Part shown: piece after piece, positions 11,808 through 24,429 of the stretch
How the letters are laid out: the number at the start of each line of letters is the position of its first letter
Numbering within the stretch: position 1 is the first letter of the stretch
NCBI GenBank assembly: GCA_001661245.1
Contig: KV454013.1
Coordinates: 1,520,502-1,584,501 of the forward strand
Length of the DNA stretch: 64,000 bases
Source: Pachysolen tannophilus NRRL Y-2460
Taxonomy: Eukaryota
Direction of reading: 5' to 3'
The notes under the pieces: model-generated
Seen by the model: only the letters and a program-made list of their open reading frames with translations
Told to the model about the DNA's origin: nothing
The model's database searches: none
Made by a program: the position numbers and the translations under genes

Positions 11808-14800
11808 ATGGATCAAGATGATAATTTGGGGAAGCAAGTTCAGGAAAAGGAAGCTCTTTCAACGACATTATCAGGAGTTGCTTCAGCATCAATAGCGGCT
11901 CCTCCTATTCCTCATATAACTACAAACATAGTACCACTTTCTACAATTTTGAAAAATTATTCAGAACATTCATATAAAGAATTAACACAGTTATTAATAA
12001 CTTTACAATCAACTACAACTTCAGATTTAGTGAAAAAAAAAAATTATTGGAATTATTAGTTAAGTTTAGAGAAAATTTTATTAGACTTTATGTATTAACA
12101 AAATGGTCAAGATATGCTGAAAATTTTACAAAATTAATAGATTTACTCAATTGGTTAAGAATGATTATTGAATCTATATCTTCAAATCCTATTTGGGGAT
12201 TAAAAAATTTAAGTAATTCTTTAACAAGCGCAAAATTACCAAATCCTGATTTAATTACAGCTTTAGAAGTATTAGTTAAAGGAAGACCACAATTACCATC
12301 ATATAATTTTATTAAACAAGATAGTTTATCTGCATCAACAATTTTGAAAACTTTAAAAAATTTGAATGTTATATTATCATTAAGACTTAGTTTAATACAA
12401 AGTTTACCAAAAAAATTTTATAATTATACAGTTAAAGATGGAAGATGTTATTTCAATATTCCAAAAGGTTTCCAATGTTGTGTTTCTTTAGCAAATGATG
12501 ATGTTAATAATTCACAATTTTTTTTAATTGATTTTAAATTTAATTTCATTTTTAAAGATAATATAATTGTATATAATGATGAAATAACAAAATTACCTAC
12601 AGTCACTCATGAAAGAGTGGAAAATTTATCAAATCAATTATTACAGGCAAATAGATTAAATTCAAGTGGTGGATTGAATGAATTATATAAATTTTTGCAT
12701 AATTTCACCTTAAATTATAAATTATATTTAATTCATCGTCAATTAATTTTAATGAGAATAGGTTATTGGAAATCACAAATTAATCATACATATAACGCTG
12801 ATAAAAACATTATTATTATAAATTATTGGGTTAAGAGTACTCAAAAGAAAAATCTGAAATCATATTTCGAATTAAGCGTTTTGAATGATGAATTAGTATT
12901 GAAGTGGATTAAAGATGGAATATTAATTGAAACAATACAAACTTTTGAAGATGAAAATGAATTTTGTATTGAAAAAATTGTAACCAAATTCACAGAAGAA
13001 CATGTCAAAAAATTAATGTTTAGCATATATGATGAGTTATTAGTATTGACAAATGATAACACCAATAAGGTTCAAATAAAAGAAACAGATAACACCCCTC
13101 AATTAATGTTGGAATTATTGTCAATGAAATTCACAACTTTTTCAATTTCGCCATTATCAGGATTAATTTATTTCATCAATCCATCACCTTTAGTTGCTTC
13201 TTTTGTTACCTTATTGAATCAAGATTTACAAGAAAACTTGAATAAACTTGCAATTAGATTGTTATCTTTATCTTTAGAAACTAGAGTTGAGCGTTTGAAC
13301 TCTATGATGTCTTCAACTGGCTGGTTTCAAAGTAAAATTGTTAAATTATCAGGTGAAGAAGAATCCAAACTTACAAGTACAAAGCTTTTAAATTCTATTC
13401 AGTATTTCAAACGTAAAGATTGGCCACAAGGTTGGTTTTTAGTTGCCAGTATCAATGTAAATACTACTGATAATCTCAATTGGTTTGTTTGTAGAATCAA
13501 GTCATATTTGGGAAACTGGTCGATTCAGTGGTATGAGAAGTTGGATATCTTGTCTTTGCTTAAAAATACAAATGATACTGCTGATGGTTTAGTCGATCAT
13601 GATACATTGAGTGCTTTGGCCGAATTGTCAACTTCTAAATTATTATCACATATAATTGTTGAAGAATTAGAAAACAGTGGTGCTAAATTGAAGATGATCA
13701 ACAGTAATATTAAGAAAGGAATTTTAGACCTCTTCATGGAAGATGGAAACCTTGATAGTAAAGAACCATTCTTGATAGTGGAAAATGGGTCTTTTTTCAA
13801 AATTCCAAATGCTTCAAGTTCTATTTTCATTAAAATTAAATTATTATCGTCAAATAATTTAAAAATTGTAATATATGGTAGGTTGAAAAATTTTAAAATG
13901 AATAGTTTAAATGAGACTATTCAAGAAAGAAATCAAAATGATGATGATATGATTTCTGAAGAAAATTCTCAACAGGATGATCAGGAGCAGGCAAGTTTAA
14001 ATTATGATTCATCGACGAGTATTTTCAAAATTATTTCAATTGTTAATGGTAATTTCATAACAAGTAATAATGTCAACTCGATAAATGCAATTAACAACAT
14101 TCCAAATGTTATGTCATCAATAAATAATAATCGTAAAAACACACATAATAATGTTGGTAATAACAGTAATAGGAATATTGTTAATAATCATAATGTGAAT
14201 AATAATAAAGTTTTGAAAAATTCATTAAGATTGATTTCAAGATTTTCCAAGATAGTCACATTGATTCAAAATATTTCTACAGAAGAATCTGTTAAGATTA
14301 TCAGGAATACTTTGAAAACTATTGAATTTCAATATGGGGGTGATGATCAAAAAACAGCTCCTCAAACAGCTACTCTTAGTATATTAGATCCTATCAATAA
14401 GAGTGGTTCGAAAAGATCTTTTGCTCCTAAATTTTCCTCTTTGCTGTCGAATTTTGAATTAAAACTTTCAGAATCAAATCCTCATCAAATATCACTTTTA
14501 CAATTGACAAATTTGATGAACAAAGTAGGTATATTACCAATGTTAAAAGTTTTAAAATTGACGTTACCAATTGTTGAGTCACTATCATGTTTAAATAAAT
14601 TTAAAGATGACATGGTATTTATTAACGAAGATGATACTTTAAAGAAATTTCCAGTCCTTACATTCAGACCACTTTGTTACGAATCCAATTTGTTCAATAT
14701 ATTATATAATGTAATGAAACCTTCAGAACCTACAAAGAGGAAGGCAAAGAAATCAACTGGTAATAATATGGAAAATCAAAAGACATACGAAAAATTATCC

Positions 14801-15139
14801 TTTTCGTTGACAATTGAGTTGAAAAATTCTAGAAACAAAGATATAATCTATTTACATTCACAAACTTCAGCTACATCATCCCTCCAATATCAACCCCAGA
14901 TTTTAAAAGACATTTTCAGTGGTAAAATCAAATTTCCAAATTCGATTCCGTTGGATTCAGGTATCGCTTGCGAGTACAAAAACTGTTACGACTTGATAAA
15001 CTGGATCCACGACAAGATATGCACCTATTACTTGGGCTTAAAAGATGAGGACACTATAAACAGCACTGGCACTGTCGCCATCGGTAACAGTAATAACCAC
15101 GATCAAAGCTCCATCAATAATAACGGTATCAAGGTTTGA
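11808..15139 (+). CDS. RGR1: Mediator subunit Med14/Rgr1, split into two ORFs by a frameshift at A11 (12033-12043)
   Basis: ORF1 gives APPIPHITTNIVPLSTILKN...KEL. ORF2 gives FIRLYVLTKW...LIDLLNW...AKLPNPDLITALEVL.GRPQLP. Both are consecutive parts of the Med14 N-terminal domain, and one extra A joins them as SDLVKKKKLLELLVK. Confidence 0.9.
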
Positions 15140-15575
15140 AAAAAAAAAAAAAATTTGTAAATCCCCATTTTTGTTGTACTATCTCACTTATTCCATCACT
15201 TTATTTCCTTGTGTATTTTACCGTATAGTCAACTAATTACTAATATAACTCACAAAAATCATCCTCAATAACACTATACCTGTATTCCAACTCGTTCCAT
15301 CTAGTCTTTCATCTGATCTTCATCACTGCTTCGAAGAAAAGATCCAAAAAAGAGGTCAGATCGTGCTCCGCGACATATGTCGTTTTTTCGCGGCGGACAT
15401 GTGTCATTTTCCTTTAATTCTGGAAAAATCTTCGAAGACGACAAAAATACTTAAAATACTTCTTTTTATAAGGGTATAAAATTAAAACAACTATAAAATA
15501 GTACGAGGTCAATCCACTGCTATATAATTGAATTTTGTTATATCAGTCAATCAGAAGCTCGTTGTTATTTGGAAG

Positions 15576-16356
15576 ATGTCAAGTACTGCACCAGAAGGTA
15601 AGTTTTCTTTGATTGTTTTTTTTTTTTCCTGTTTTATTTATTTTATTTTATCTCTTTTAATTCTCTCTTTAATGCATAATCGCAAGATATACGACTAACA
15701 TATTGTTATATTTTACAGTTTTATGGGCGCAAAGATCCAATGCGGAAGATGAAACTAAGAATTTAGTGTTTTTAACTGTTAGAATTATTGATCCAGAAGA
15801 TGTTAAAATTGATTTAACATCTACTCATTTGGTATTTGATGCCAAATCTGGTGGTCAAGATTATCATTTAAATTTGGAATTTTATAAAGAAATTGATACT
15901 GAGAATTCTCAATATCATACTACTGGTTCCCATGTTTTTTTCTTGTTGAGAAAAAAGGAGAAAGAACAGGAATATTGGCCAAGATTGATCAAGGAGAAAT
16001 CAAAATTACATTATATTAGGACAGATTTTGATAAATGGTGCGATGAAGATGAGCAAGAAGAAGATAATGCTCATGAAGAATTGGGTGGTTTAGAAGGATT
16101 ACAAAACTTTGGCGGTGCTGGCGGTATGGGTGGCATGCCTGGTATGGGCGGTATGCCAGGTATGCCAGGTATGGGAGGCATGCCTGGTATGGGTGGTATG
16201 GGCGATGGCCTGTTTGATCCTAAACAATTTGATTTTTCAAAATTGGCTGAACAATTCGGTGGCGGTGATGCAAGCAGTTTAGATGCCTTAAGTAAAGCAC
16301 AGGACATTGAATCATCCGACGAGGAAGAAGAGGAAGTGAAGAAAGAAGAAGAGTAA
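15576..16356 (+). CDS. SBA1: Hsp90 co-chaperone p23; exons 15576-15597 and 15719-16356
   Basis: The spliced product reads MSSTAPEVLWAQRS...YWPRL..K.KLHYIRTDFDKW.DEDEQ, followed by GGMPGM repeats and an acidic tail. Confidence 0.93.
15598..15718 (+). other. Spliceosomal intron in SBA1 (121 nt)
   Basis: GTAAGT donor at 15598, GACTAAC branch 15693-15699, CAG acceptor ending 15718; splicing restores the frame. Confidence 0.9.
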
Positions 16357-16711
16357 ACACCCCCAATTAAACAAAGAAATTTGAAGTAAAAAAAAAAAAA
16401 GGAAAAGAAATGCTTCCTACTACTATTTTCACTCATCACAAAATAAACCGCTTTTTTCGATAATTTTTATTTTTGGTTTTATCTTTTGTTTGTTTTTATT
16501 ATAGTTGTAATGAATAAAAATCAATTCTTTAAAAAAAAAAATTAAAAACACAAATATGAAAATGAGTTGTCTATCTAAAATTAATAGTAAGTCTACATCT
16601 TGGCTATCAATTTCGTTCAAAGAGTAAAAAAAAAAATGAATATTAACTTGAGTAAAAACAAGAAATACAGAAACCCATATATATATATATATATAAGCTA
16701 ATATAGTCATT

Positions 16712-17614
<903 letters not shown>

Positions 17615-17873
17615 CTATTACTAAATTCAACTCAATTGACTCAATCAACTATTCAATTGCTATTTCAAACTACAAAAATTAAATATATATATATATGTAT
17701 ATAATTCATCAATTACAATTTACGGATATATGAAATTTAGTTATAATATGCTACACGTGACTTTTTTACACGACGAACCCAAAAATTCAGCTGAAAGATA
17801 ACTGAAAGATAGCTGAAAGATGACTTATTATTAGCAATAATTCCACTGGTTATCATCATCATTACCATTTTCA

Positions 17874-19847
17874 CTAGTGATCTGTTTCTTGTTGGTGACC
17901 ATTAGGTCCTAGGAATGTTCTCTCGTCGATTTCTTCGCTTATTCTATTCAATTCAGAATCTAGTTGTTCAAAATTATTAATATTTGAAGCTGCTCCGTTT
18001 TGTCTCAAGATATCTTTCAATTTTTCGATAACTTCCTTTTCATCTAATTTATTTGTATCTTCCATTCCATACTCTTTAATAGTTTTCAAGCCGTATAATG
18101 CTGTCAATATTGAGATGATTAAAGCAACATAACCTTTCAATGTAAATCCAGGAGGTAATGGCATTGGTTGAACGTTCTCACCTGTAAGATCTTTGAAATT
18201 AATTGAATTACCTGCTGCGTTACCACTAGTTGCAACATTAGCTGATTTACATATTTGGAAATGATTTTCAGAAATAAAATTATCATGAGTTTGGAAAAGT
18301 TTTTGTATTTCGAAAGGAGATTCGATGAAAGTTACAGCTAAACCTTGAGATGCCACATGGTAATCCACATGACAATGGAAAAACCAGACCCCAGGGTTGA
18401 TGGCTTTAAATCTGATGATCATGTTACCATAAGGTTCAAGCATAACTGTATCTCTAACAGAAGGTCTCTGTGGGAATTCTGGTTGTTTAGACATATCATA
18501 TGGAACTGGATCTTCATATGGTGGTGATCTGTATAGTATTTGAAAATTATGACCATGTAAATGGAAAGGATGTTTACCCGAGTCATAATTATTTATTATA
18601 ATATCAATGACTTCATCTTTTTGGAGTATATAAGAGTTTGTATTTGAGCCATAAATTTCGATATCATTTGCTAATTCACCACTTGATACCGCAGTGAACA
18701 AAGTAGGAATCTTTGGAGCAACATAGGTCTTGTTATTTAATAAAGCATAACTTATTCCATCTCCTAAATTGTTCATTTCTAAATTCAATGAAATTTGATA
18801 ATCAGAATCATCCAAAAGTTCAATATTTTCCATTGGTTGTAAATAATAATCACTAATTAATCGTTCTTCTAACTTAGATTTAGTAAAATCGGATTCAAAA
18901 ACTTTCTTTGATAATTTCTCCTTTGACAGCGCCTCATTGTAGACTAACCAGTTAGTTCCATATAACTCTAATTCATCTGGGAGAAGGTCTAACATTTCAT
19001 CATCCAATACTTGAATAAATTTATAATTTTTATTGTTATTTACCTTTGTAGTTATAAACACAGACATTCTTTGACCCACAGCTAAATATATCACATCAGT
19101 CTTATTTGGTTTAACAAATACACCATCAATTTCCACTATGGTGAATTCATGATCTTCAATATATAAATATTGAGAAACAAAGATCCCAGTATTAACTATA
19201 TGCAACAAATAAGTAGTATTTGTTTCTACACTAAGTGAAACATTTCTCGAATCGTTAAGTAGGATATTTTGTGGAATTGGTTCAGCTCCAGTTGGATTAT
19301 ATCTTGACTTATATTTTTCTTCTAATATCCAACTTGGATCATAAAACCAATCAGTAATTGTAAGTGTTTTCTCCTCGTCATAATCTTGATAATTTTCTGA
19401 CATGAATTCATCATCTTTAATAACAAAAGCACCTCTTAACCCATCAGAGTATTGCATATTTGTATGAGAATGATACCAATATGTACCTCTTTGACCATCA
19501 ACGGTAAAATTATACAACATCGTCTCACCTGGAGGTATAGGACATTGTGTAACCATTTCAGGACCATCATTCCCTACAGTACCATGTTGAAAAATTCCAT
19601 GGAAATGTAAAGAGGTATTAACCGTTTCTAATCCATTATATAAATAAAGTAAAACTGTATCACCTTTGTTAACTTCTATTGTAGGTAAGGGAAATTGATT
19701 ATTAAAACTGATAACATCTCTTTCCATAACACCATCGGGAGAAGCCCTAATCCAACTTGCATTAAAATGGAAAACATGGGTCGCTGCCTCAGCACAGCAT
19801 AACGAAGCAAAGCATAGGATCAACCAAACTGGTGTTGCAAAATACAT
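17874..19847 (-). CDS. FET5: Multicopper ferroxidase, Fet5-like
   Basis: Signal peptide; HFHG, YWYHSH, HPFHLHGH and HCH copper motifs; C-terminal TM LPPGFTLKGYVALIIS with a Fet5-like tail. Confidence 0.85.
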   Translation of the reverse strand: MYFATPVWLILCFASLCCAEAATHVFHFNASWIRASPDGVMERDVISFNNQFPLPTIEVNKGDTVLLYLYNGLETVNTSLHFHGIFQHGTVGNDGPEMVTQCPIPPGETMLYNFTVDGQRGTYWYHSHTNMQYSDGLRGAFVIKDDEFMSENYQDYDEEKTLTITDWFYDPSWILEEKYKSRYNPTGAEPIPQNILLNDSRNVSLSVETNTTYLLHIVNTGIFVSQYLYIEDHEFTIVEIDGVFVKPNKTDVIYLAVGQRMSVFITTKVNNNKNYKFIQVLDDEMLDLLPDELELYGTNWLVYNEALSKEKLSKKVFESDFTKSKLEERLISDYYLQPMENIELLDDSDYQISLNLEMNNLGDGISYALLNNKTYVAPKIPTLFTAVSSGELANDIEIYGSNTNSYILQKDEVIDIIINNYDSGKHPFHLHGHNFQILYRSPPYEDPVPYDMSKQPEFPQRPSVRDTVMLEPYGNMIIRFKAINPGVWFFHCHVDYHVASQGLAVTFIESPFEIQKLFQTHDNFISENHFQICKSANVATSGNAAGNSINFKDLTGENVQPMPLPPGFTLKGYVALIISILTALYGLKTIKEYGMEDTNKLDEKEVIEKLKDILRQNGAASNINNFEQLDSELNRISEEIDERTFLGPNGHQQETDH

Positions 19848-20196
19848 CGTTGATCGTTAGAGCAATTTAAACTAAAATAAAATAATAACTTTGAAATCTT
19901 CACCTTATACGCTCGCTTAAAATCTTTTCGTACAATGCAGAGAAAAAGGCCCAAAAAAAGAAAAAAAAAGGAAAAAAAAAATTTCAAATTCCGCCCAGAA
20001 AAGGCAGAAGATCCTGGCTAAAAATAAAATAAAATAGGCGGTAAAGTGGGCGGGACAGCGGGAGGAGTTCCGAGAGAGGGTTCGAGATAGCAGTTTCCAA
20101 GGAGAAATTTATCAGTAAATTGAACCTACGATATATCAACTAAGTTTATTCAGAGTGAGCATATTGAAAACTTAGAATATATATAAATATTTATTG

Positions 20197-21930
20197 TTAC
20201 AAATAATCCTTTACCCATTCATTTTGCATAATTTCTTTGCAAGTTATTCTTTTTTCCTTTTTAACAAGACAATTTTCTACAATTTTTTTGGCGCCTTCCC
20301 ATTTTTCCAAATCTTGTAAAGTATCATCTTTAAGATAATACCAGTCCCAATCGATGAGAGCTATTTTGTGTGCTGTTCTTTGTTTTGTCTTTTGAGATGC
20401 GGAACTGATATGACTATTAGCACTAACAGGTGCTGGATCAAAGGGTAATTTTCCTTCCATTAATGAATAAAGTAATACACCAAGTGACCAAACATCATTT
20501 TTCTTTCCATCATATGGTAATCCCATCAATAGTTCTGGCGATACGTAATCTTCCGAGCCACATCTAGTTGTTAATAATGGTGCATTAGGGTCAATTTTCT
20601 TGGATAAACCAAAATCTGTTAACGTTATTAGTGGAGGTAATTCGACTGAGAAATCATCAATACTTAATAAATCCATTGCATGAAAATTCAACAAGATATT
20701 TTCCAATTTGATATCTCTATGTACGATATCATGTTCATGTAAATAATTTACTGCACTTACCAAATTTGCAAAAAATTTTCTAATTAATTCTGGTACAATA
20801 ATGGATCTATAAGTAGAAACAAATTCGTATAAATCACCTCCAATGCAATAAGGTAAAATCATTATTACTTCATCTTTAGAGATATTATGAGCCAATAATT
20901 TTATAATATTTGGGTGATCAATCATTTTCAAAATTTCCAATTCTCTTATCAATGAACTTTCAACTCTTGATCTTGTTTGTTGTAATTGTGGTAGTGTTGA
21001 TATCTTGATTGCTACTTGTAATTTTCTATCCAATTGTTCACCCAACAATACTACACTAAAATTTCCCCTTCCTATTTTCTTCAATGGTCTATACTTGATT
21101 GACTTTTCATTTTTATCGTGAGCTGTATAAACATCTCTGTAAAGTGTGATATTTTCCAAATCTTCATCATCAATACCTTCGCCTTCAGCTTCTTCACTAC
21201 TCTGTTGACGTAATCTCATAATGGATGAAGTTGTGGGCGTTGAAAAATTTCTAAAACTTCCCTCAGTATTACTCGAAATTGGATCTGAGTTTTTACTAAG
21301 CACAGAACCTGCCGATATTCCTCTATTCAAATCACTTGACTTGAACTCCGATATCACCCTGCTATGCTGTAAATGTTGTCTTTTCAACGATGGATCTCTA
21401 CGAAGTTTTGGAATCACCAAGATATTATCTCCATTGGAATTGACATTGGCATTAGCACTAGCAGCACCTCCTCCGGCGCCTCCTCCAGCGCTTCCAGCTC
21501 CAGTTCCAGTCCCAATACCAATACCAACTCCACCATTCGACGTTGAACTCCCACCTCTTCTATCCCTCAAGTAATCAATCACATGAGACGATGACGCTGC
21601 TCCAGGGTCCCATTGACCATTACCAACCAAAGGTGAAGGTAAATGCGTCACAGAATGCAACGTTGCCTGCGAAAACCCACTACTCTGATTGACCATCGGC
21701 ACCGATGACACAGGTACAGACCCAGTCTCAATAGGTCCAAACGTCACTTCTTGCCCATTATTCTTAGGTATACTTATATTCAAACTCACTGCATTGGCCT
21801 TAGCCCTCGGTTGACCTTCTTTCCCATTACTCATCAAACAACCATCACCTCCATAACCTCCATAATCATCAATCTCATCATCCACACGATCAAATTTCCC
21901 ATCACCACCCATATTCTTACCAGACGACAT
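20197..21930 (-). CDS. PRR1: Ser/Thr protein kinase, Prr1-like
   Basis: GRGNFS, VAIK, HRDIKLENIL, DFG, TRCGSEDYVSPE..MG.PYDG, LPFDP, HKIA..DW.W. Confidence 0.85.
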   Translation of the reverse strand: MSSGKNMGGDGKFDRVDDEIDDYGGYGGDGCLMSNGKEGQPRAKANAVSLNISIPKNNGQEVTFGPIETGSVPVSSVPMVNQSSGFSQATLHSVTHLPSPLVGNGQWDPGAASSSHVIDYLRDRRGGSSTSNGGVGIGIGTGTGAGSAGGGAGGGAASANANVNSNGDNILVIPKLRRDPSLKRQHLQHSRVISEFKSSDLNRGISAGSVLSKNSDPISSNTEGSFRNFSTPTTSSIMRLRQQSSEEAEGEGIDDEDLENITLYRDVYTAHDKNEKSIKYRPLKKIGRGNFSVVLLGEQLDRKLQVAIKISTLPQLQQTRSRVESSLIRELEILKMIDHPNIIKLLAHNISKDEVIMILPYCIGGDLYEFVSTYRSIIVPELIRKFFANLVSAVNYLHEHDIVHRDIKLENILLNFHAMDLLSIDDFSVELPPLITLTDFGLSKKIDPNAPLLTTRCGSEDYVSPELLMGLPYDGKKNDVWSLGVLLYSLMEGKLPFDPAPVSANSHISSASQKTKQRTAHKIALIDWDWYYLKDDTLQDLEKWEGAKKIVENCLVKKEKRITCKEIMQNEWVKDYL

Positions 21931-22403
21931 TTAAAAACTTAAGCGCCAAAAAACCAACCGCCAACTTCCCACTTAATCACCAACCACGTATCCACGTTAC
22001 AACGTTATAATCACAACTTCGTCTTGATGTCTTGACCTCTTACTTTTTATCTTGCGCTAAGCGCCAACGCTTTGCCCATAAATTTATTTTTTATTTTTTT
22101 TGTTTTTCTTCGTTACAAAAAGCAAACAAACGTATAAAACAGTAGTCCTCAAAGTATCAATGACCAAATAAGGAAATACAATCTTTGTTTTGTTTTGTTT
22201 TCTGTTTTCGGAATTTTTTAAATTTTTTTTTTGATTTTTTTTTTTTTTTTGCTGATAAAAATGACGTCATAATGTTTTAAGAGATTTGTGTGCGTGTGCG
22301 TGAGTGTGTGAGTGTGTATGTATAAATATAAATACAGCAATCTTTCCCCCATAAATTAGAATTTTATGAATTTAGCGCTGATACAAAGAATTAGTATGGT
22401 TGT

Positions 22404-23972
22404 ATGATGAGTTCAGAGATAAACTTTTGCGGATTTCCTGTGGAGGTTCGGCTTAAGATATTTAGGTATGCTGTTTATGAACGAGATGGGTTAAAAGGGA
22501 AAAGGAGTCTGATTAATAGGTTAAAGTTAACATCTAAAGAGTTTTATGTTTTTTATAATGAGATGTTTTTTGAAAAGTTAATAAAGGAGTTTGGTAGGGA
22601 TTATATTGGAATGATTTTAGATAAAGTATTGGATCGTTTTATTAAGCCATATATAAGGGCGTTTGAATATTGTAGGAGACGTCAAAGGTTAATAATTAAA
22701 AATTTTTTAAAACTTGCCCCACAAGACGAATTTTTTAAAGATTCATTTCAAATGGTTTATTCAATTTTGAAAAACAGGCGGTTATTTGCATCATATGATG
22801 ATTATAAGACAGATACTCCTTTGAAATATCATTATAATAATTTTGTTACTATAAACAGAACTTATTTATTATCATATAACAAAACTATTTGTTTAACTCC
22901 AGATTTGTATAATTTATCTTGTGGTATAATTGTGGAAAATTGTCTTGGATTAGGCACTACTAAATTCCAAATTTTGGATCACTATACAAAGAAACCATAT
23001 TTGGAGTATTACCCACCTACAAACATAAACGATATCTTGCCCAATAATAAATTTGTATTGTTAAATTTAGGAGATTTCAAAATTCCCAATATTGGTTCTA
23101 GCACCAATGCTAATTCTAATTCAGGTTCAGGTTCTGGTTCGGGTTCGCATTCGGGAACCGGTACGGGAATTGGTAATTCAAATGATAATTTGGTCAAAGT
23201 TGATGTCGTAATGGAAGAAACAGGTTTATACATCAAAAGTGGGTTCAGTATATGTTTTATAGATGTCAATGTCATACAACCAGAGTATACTGATCACGTC
23301 TTTGTTCCTTCATTGCCATCTGCTCTGTCGCTGGAAGATAACAATGCAGAATCATCGCCCGTTAGAAATAGCACTGCTTATAGACGCCGCAGTAGCACAA
23401 ACAATAGTGGTCTGAGTGCTGTGACCGGTTATAACAATTATACCAACGAATCATCTAATAATGGGATTATCACCAATGGGATTACTGCTACTAGTACTGG
23501 AAGAAGACGTTCTTCAATTTCTTTGCATTCATCATTACCAACTATTAAAAACCATGAAGATTTCGATTCTCATAATTTTTTATTTTGGTATATTGATAAT
23601 GATATTGATCCTCCATTTGATCAAAATTTATGTAATCCTTTTTTGAAAAATATCTATAAAGCTATAGATTTAATTGAAAATGATAAACTTTTAACTGATG
23701 ATCAATTTGATTTTACTCCATATAAAGATTTAGAACATTTTAATCAAAATTTTTATTCACATTATTGTTTAAATAATAATTCACAAAAAATTAAAAGAAT
23801 TTTTAAATTTTTAACAATACATCAACAAAAAGAATATGATATGGAAGTTACTAAATCTAGAAAAGAATACGAGCTATTAAGCTCAAAAGGATTAATTAAT
23901 AATGATGATGTACATTGGTTTAATGAAAACACTCCTTTGAAATGGAAGTTGCAGAGCTTGTTGGAAATATAA
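22404..23972 (+). CDS. UCC1: F-box protein, Ucc1 (YLR224W)-like
   Basis: N-terminal F-box-like FPVEVRLKIFRY. Blocks SKEFYVFYNEMFFEK, PYIRAFEYCRR, DSFQMVYSIL and INDIL...LLNLG resemble Ucc1 as recalled. Confidence 0.6.
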   Translation: MMSSEINFCGFPVEVRLKIFRYAVYERDGLKGKRSLINRLKLTSKEFYVFYNEMFFEKLIKEFGRDYIGMILDKVLDRFIKPYIRAFEYCRRRQRLIIKNFLKLAPQDEFFKDSFQMVYSILKNRRLFASYDDYKTDTPLKYHYNNFVTINRTYLLSYNKTICLTPDLYNLSCGIIVENCLGLGTTKFQILDHYTKKPYLEYYPPTNINDILPNNKFVLLNLGDFKIPNIGSSTNANSNSGSGSGSGSHSGTGTGIGNSNDNLVKVDVVMEETGLYIKSGFSICFIDVNVIQPEYTDHVFVPSLPSALSLEDNNAESSPVRNSTAYRRRSSTNNSGLSAVTGYNNYTNESSNNGIITNGITATSTGRRRSSISLHSSLPTIKNHEDFDSHNFLFWYIDNDIDPPFDQNLCNPFLKNIYKAIDLIENDKLLTDDQFDFTPYKDLEHFNQNFYSHYCLNNNSQKIKRIFKFLTIHQQKEYDMEVTKSRKEYELLSSKGLINNDDVHWFNENTPLKWKLQSLLEI

Positions 23973-24429
23973 TAATACGGTATATTTAATGATTCTTGTC
24001 AATAGTTTGTTTTTTTTTTCCTTTTTTTCTATAATGCTTTACTGAGATTTAATTTTAGTTATAATGTGTATATTTATTAAATAATTTAGTCAATGGAGAT
24101 TTTTAAAATTGTCTTTTTACATTTAAACAACTAATGGTAAATTAATTTTCTTATTTTTTTTATATATTAATTATTTTACATAAAAAGCAGAAGAAGAGAG
24201 GAGATACATAAAAAAAAAAATAATAATAATAAAAAAAAAGAAGAAATTAAAAGAAAACACAAGTTTCAGAAAAAGAGTGAAAACAGGATAGTATCATCAA
24301 TCCTGAATAAAAATAAAGCTAATTATTATAAAGAAGTAATGACTTTTTTTTTTAAAAAAAAAAAAAAAAAAGGAAGATAGAAAAAGAAAAAAGAAGAAAA
24401 AAGAAAAAAACAGTTGAAAATTATGTGAT

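Noticed and set aside
17790..17822. CTGAAAGAT x3 and other short tandem repeats as CRISPR-like arrays
   Set aside because: They are simple slippage repeats without spacers in a eukaryotic genome.
20060..20095. B-box-like GGTTCGA in a GC-rich patch upstream of FET5
   Set aside because: No A box or cloverleaf is present, so it is insufficient for a tRNA call.
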